Notes under the pieces: model-generated | The model's database searches: none | The model's input: the letters and a program-made list of their open reading frames with translations, nothing else | What the model was told of the DNA's origin: nothing | Assembly (NCBI RefSeq): GCF_947568905.1 | Contig: NC_079165.1 | Location: 83,576,001 to 83,640,000, forward strand | DNA: 64,000 nt | Reading direction: 5' to 3' | From: Ostrea edulis | Taxonomy: Eukaryota | In this document: positions 62,316 through 64,000 of the stretch, piece by piece | Position numbering within the stretch: the stretch's first letter is position 1 | Layout of the letters: each line of letters begins with the position of its first letter | Made by a program: the position numbers and the translations under genes

Positions 62316-64000
62316 GTGAAATTCACAATAAGGACTTCAAAGTTTGTCATAGAAATATATTCCAAGAAATTTGTTAAAAATTTGAAACCCTTCATAAGGG
62401 TAAAAATTGATATTTATACAACCCCAATTTTTTTTAAAATACAGATTCTCTTCCTGTTTGTCTCAGATGAGCTTTGCAGCCCATAAGCCTCTTGATGTTT
62501 AGGTATTTGTGCAAGCCTTAAAAATGGATGCTTTAAATAGTGAAAACAGTACATATTATGTGAAAGTACCACCTGTAGTACCAAAAGTGTGCAGTACCAT
62601 GTGAATATGTAATCGTATTCTATTCCACACTTTAGATGCTTTTCTATCAAGTTATACAGTTGTCTTTATGACTAGAACATTGTTGTAGACACATAAAGAG
62701 TAGCATTCAGATTTCCTATCCAGTCACTCTCTACATAGATGGCAAGTGGAGAGAGACTCAGGTAGATGGCTTTCAATTTCTTAATCCGAAAGTTAAATGT
62801 CAAGGTCATTCAGTTTGTTGATACATGTAATGTACTTTATATAATGTACTTTGCAAGGAGACTTTTGTGAATCCATTGTTGTTCCCCAGGGTCTGTTGAG
62901 GGAAAGACTTGATGGCTCGCTTTTTAACATGAGGAAAGCTTTATTTTTAAAATTTCCATACATTATCATAGATTTTTAGGAGATACAATCTAAACATCCA
63001 TCCCCCAAAACCTGCCATGTCAGCTAGGGAATGTCCTCGGGATCAGAATGTCCTGGTGTTAATGTCAGCTTTACTTTTATAGATAACACATGAAAGGAGG
63101 TTTCCATTTTATGTAGGAAATACAAATTTATGATAATAGAGAGTAATGGAAAAGATTTTAAGTGTTATATTGTTAAATATTCAGAAGATATATAAACTCT
63201 GAATGTCAAGTGATAATGTGGGGAATCAAATGACAATATTATCAAACAGTTAGTCGTTAGACTTGTGAAGGCCATATACATTACAAATTTGTATATAATT
63301 ATTCAATAATGTACATATGTATATCATTTAATAAATGTTTGATATTCAGAATTTTTTATTATTATTTTGATTGTAAATTAGTGCTCCAAAAATATGTTAT
63401 CAAGTGTAAAGAAACGTTCGCCAACCATGAATTAACAAATCGTAGCCAAGTTGAAATCAGAAGATGGAGATCTATACACGTCATGTACATGTAGACTTGC
63501 ATAATAAAATGAGTGTGTATATATATATATATATATATATTAAAAAGATATGAAAAGAAAACACAGAAATCCTCCATAAAGCTTTAGCGCTTTCATTACA
63601 TCTTCAGAAGCTTTACAAAAATGTATACATAGCAGTATCATAGTAACAGTGATTATGACGTCAAAGTAAGCGGAACGTTAAATGTCTATATTGTGACGTC
63701 ATGGATAATGTACAACAATGATCTGGAAAAAGTATGGGAAAATAATAGGCAATTATAAAAACTATTAAGTTTTGGCTTTAGAATACCAATGAAATGTTTT
63801 TCTTTTCCCCGTCTCTGAATAGCACTGGCACATCTGAGTTTATAAAATGGGAAAATGTTAAATCGTTTTTTATACGCCCGTCGAAGACGGGACGTATTAT
63901 GGTATGGTGTCGTCCGTCTGTCTGTCCGGACCTTGTGGGCAGGATACAGACTGAACCATAAGCCCTAGGACTTTACAACTTGGTACATTTGATCACCATG

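Noticed and set aside
57967-64000. Further TMTC1 exons
   Set aside because: No segment encoding the expected V.GIVGRAD motif was found; the intron appears to run past the window.

Overview
AT-rich, intron-rich animal genomic DNA, most likely a bivalve (oyster-like, from Cg170/HindIII-type satellite cores inside Helentron-type non-autonomous elements). Three protein-coding genes were assembled by hand from splice sites and reading phase. (1) A JADE-family PZP chromatin scaffold on the minus strand: 12 coding exons, ATG at about 12502, running off the left edge. (2) A complete 15-exon, 621-aa GGT7-like gamma-glutamyltranspeptidase on the plus strand (20690-46861) with a GC-AG intron. It has Ala in place of the catalytic Thr and other degenerate active-site motifs, so it is a probable pseudoenzyme. 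(3) The first two coding exons of a TMTC1-like O-mannosyltransferase (51380-57966, continuing beyond the window). Introns and intergenic DNA are packed with non-autonomous transposons whose ends and target-site duplications (TSDs) can be read directly: hAT-like elements with 5-, 6- and 8-bp TSDs, a 3.4-kb long-TIR element and a 75-bp perfect palindrome (both 9-bp TSD), TA-TSD MITEs, a Kolobok pair, Helentron-type elements and SINEs. The most unusual pattern is that several minisatellites are seeded at exon-intron junctions, including an array of 17 extra GTAAG 5' splice donors directly behind one GGT exon. No transposase ORF, intact tRNA/rRNA or CRISPR array was seen. All coordinates were counted by hand; no database search was run.
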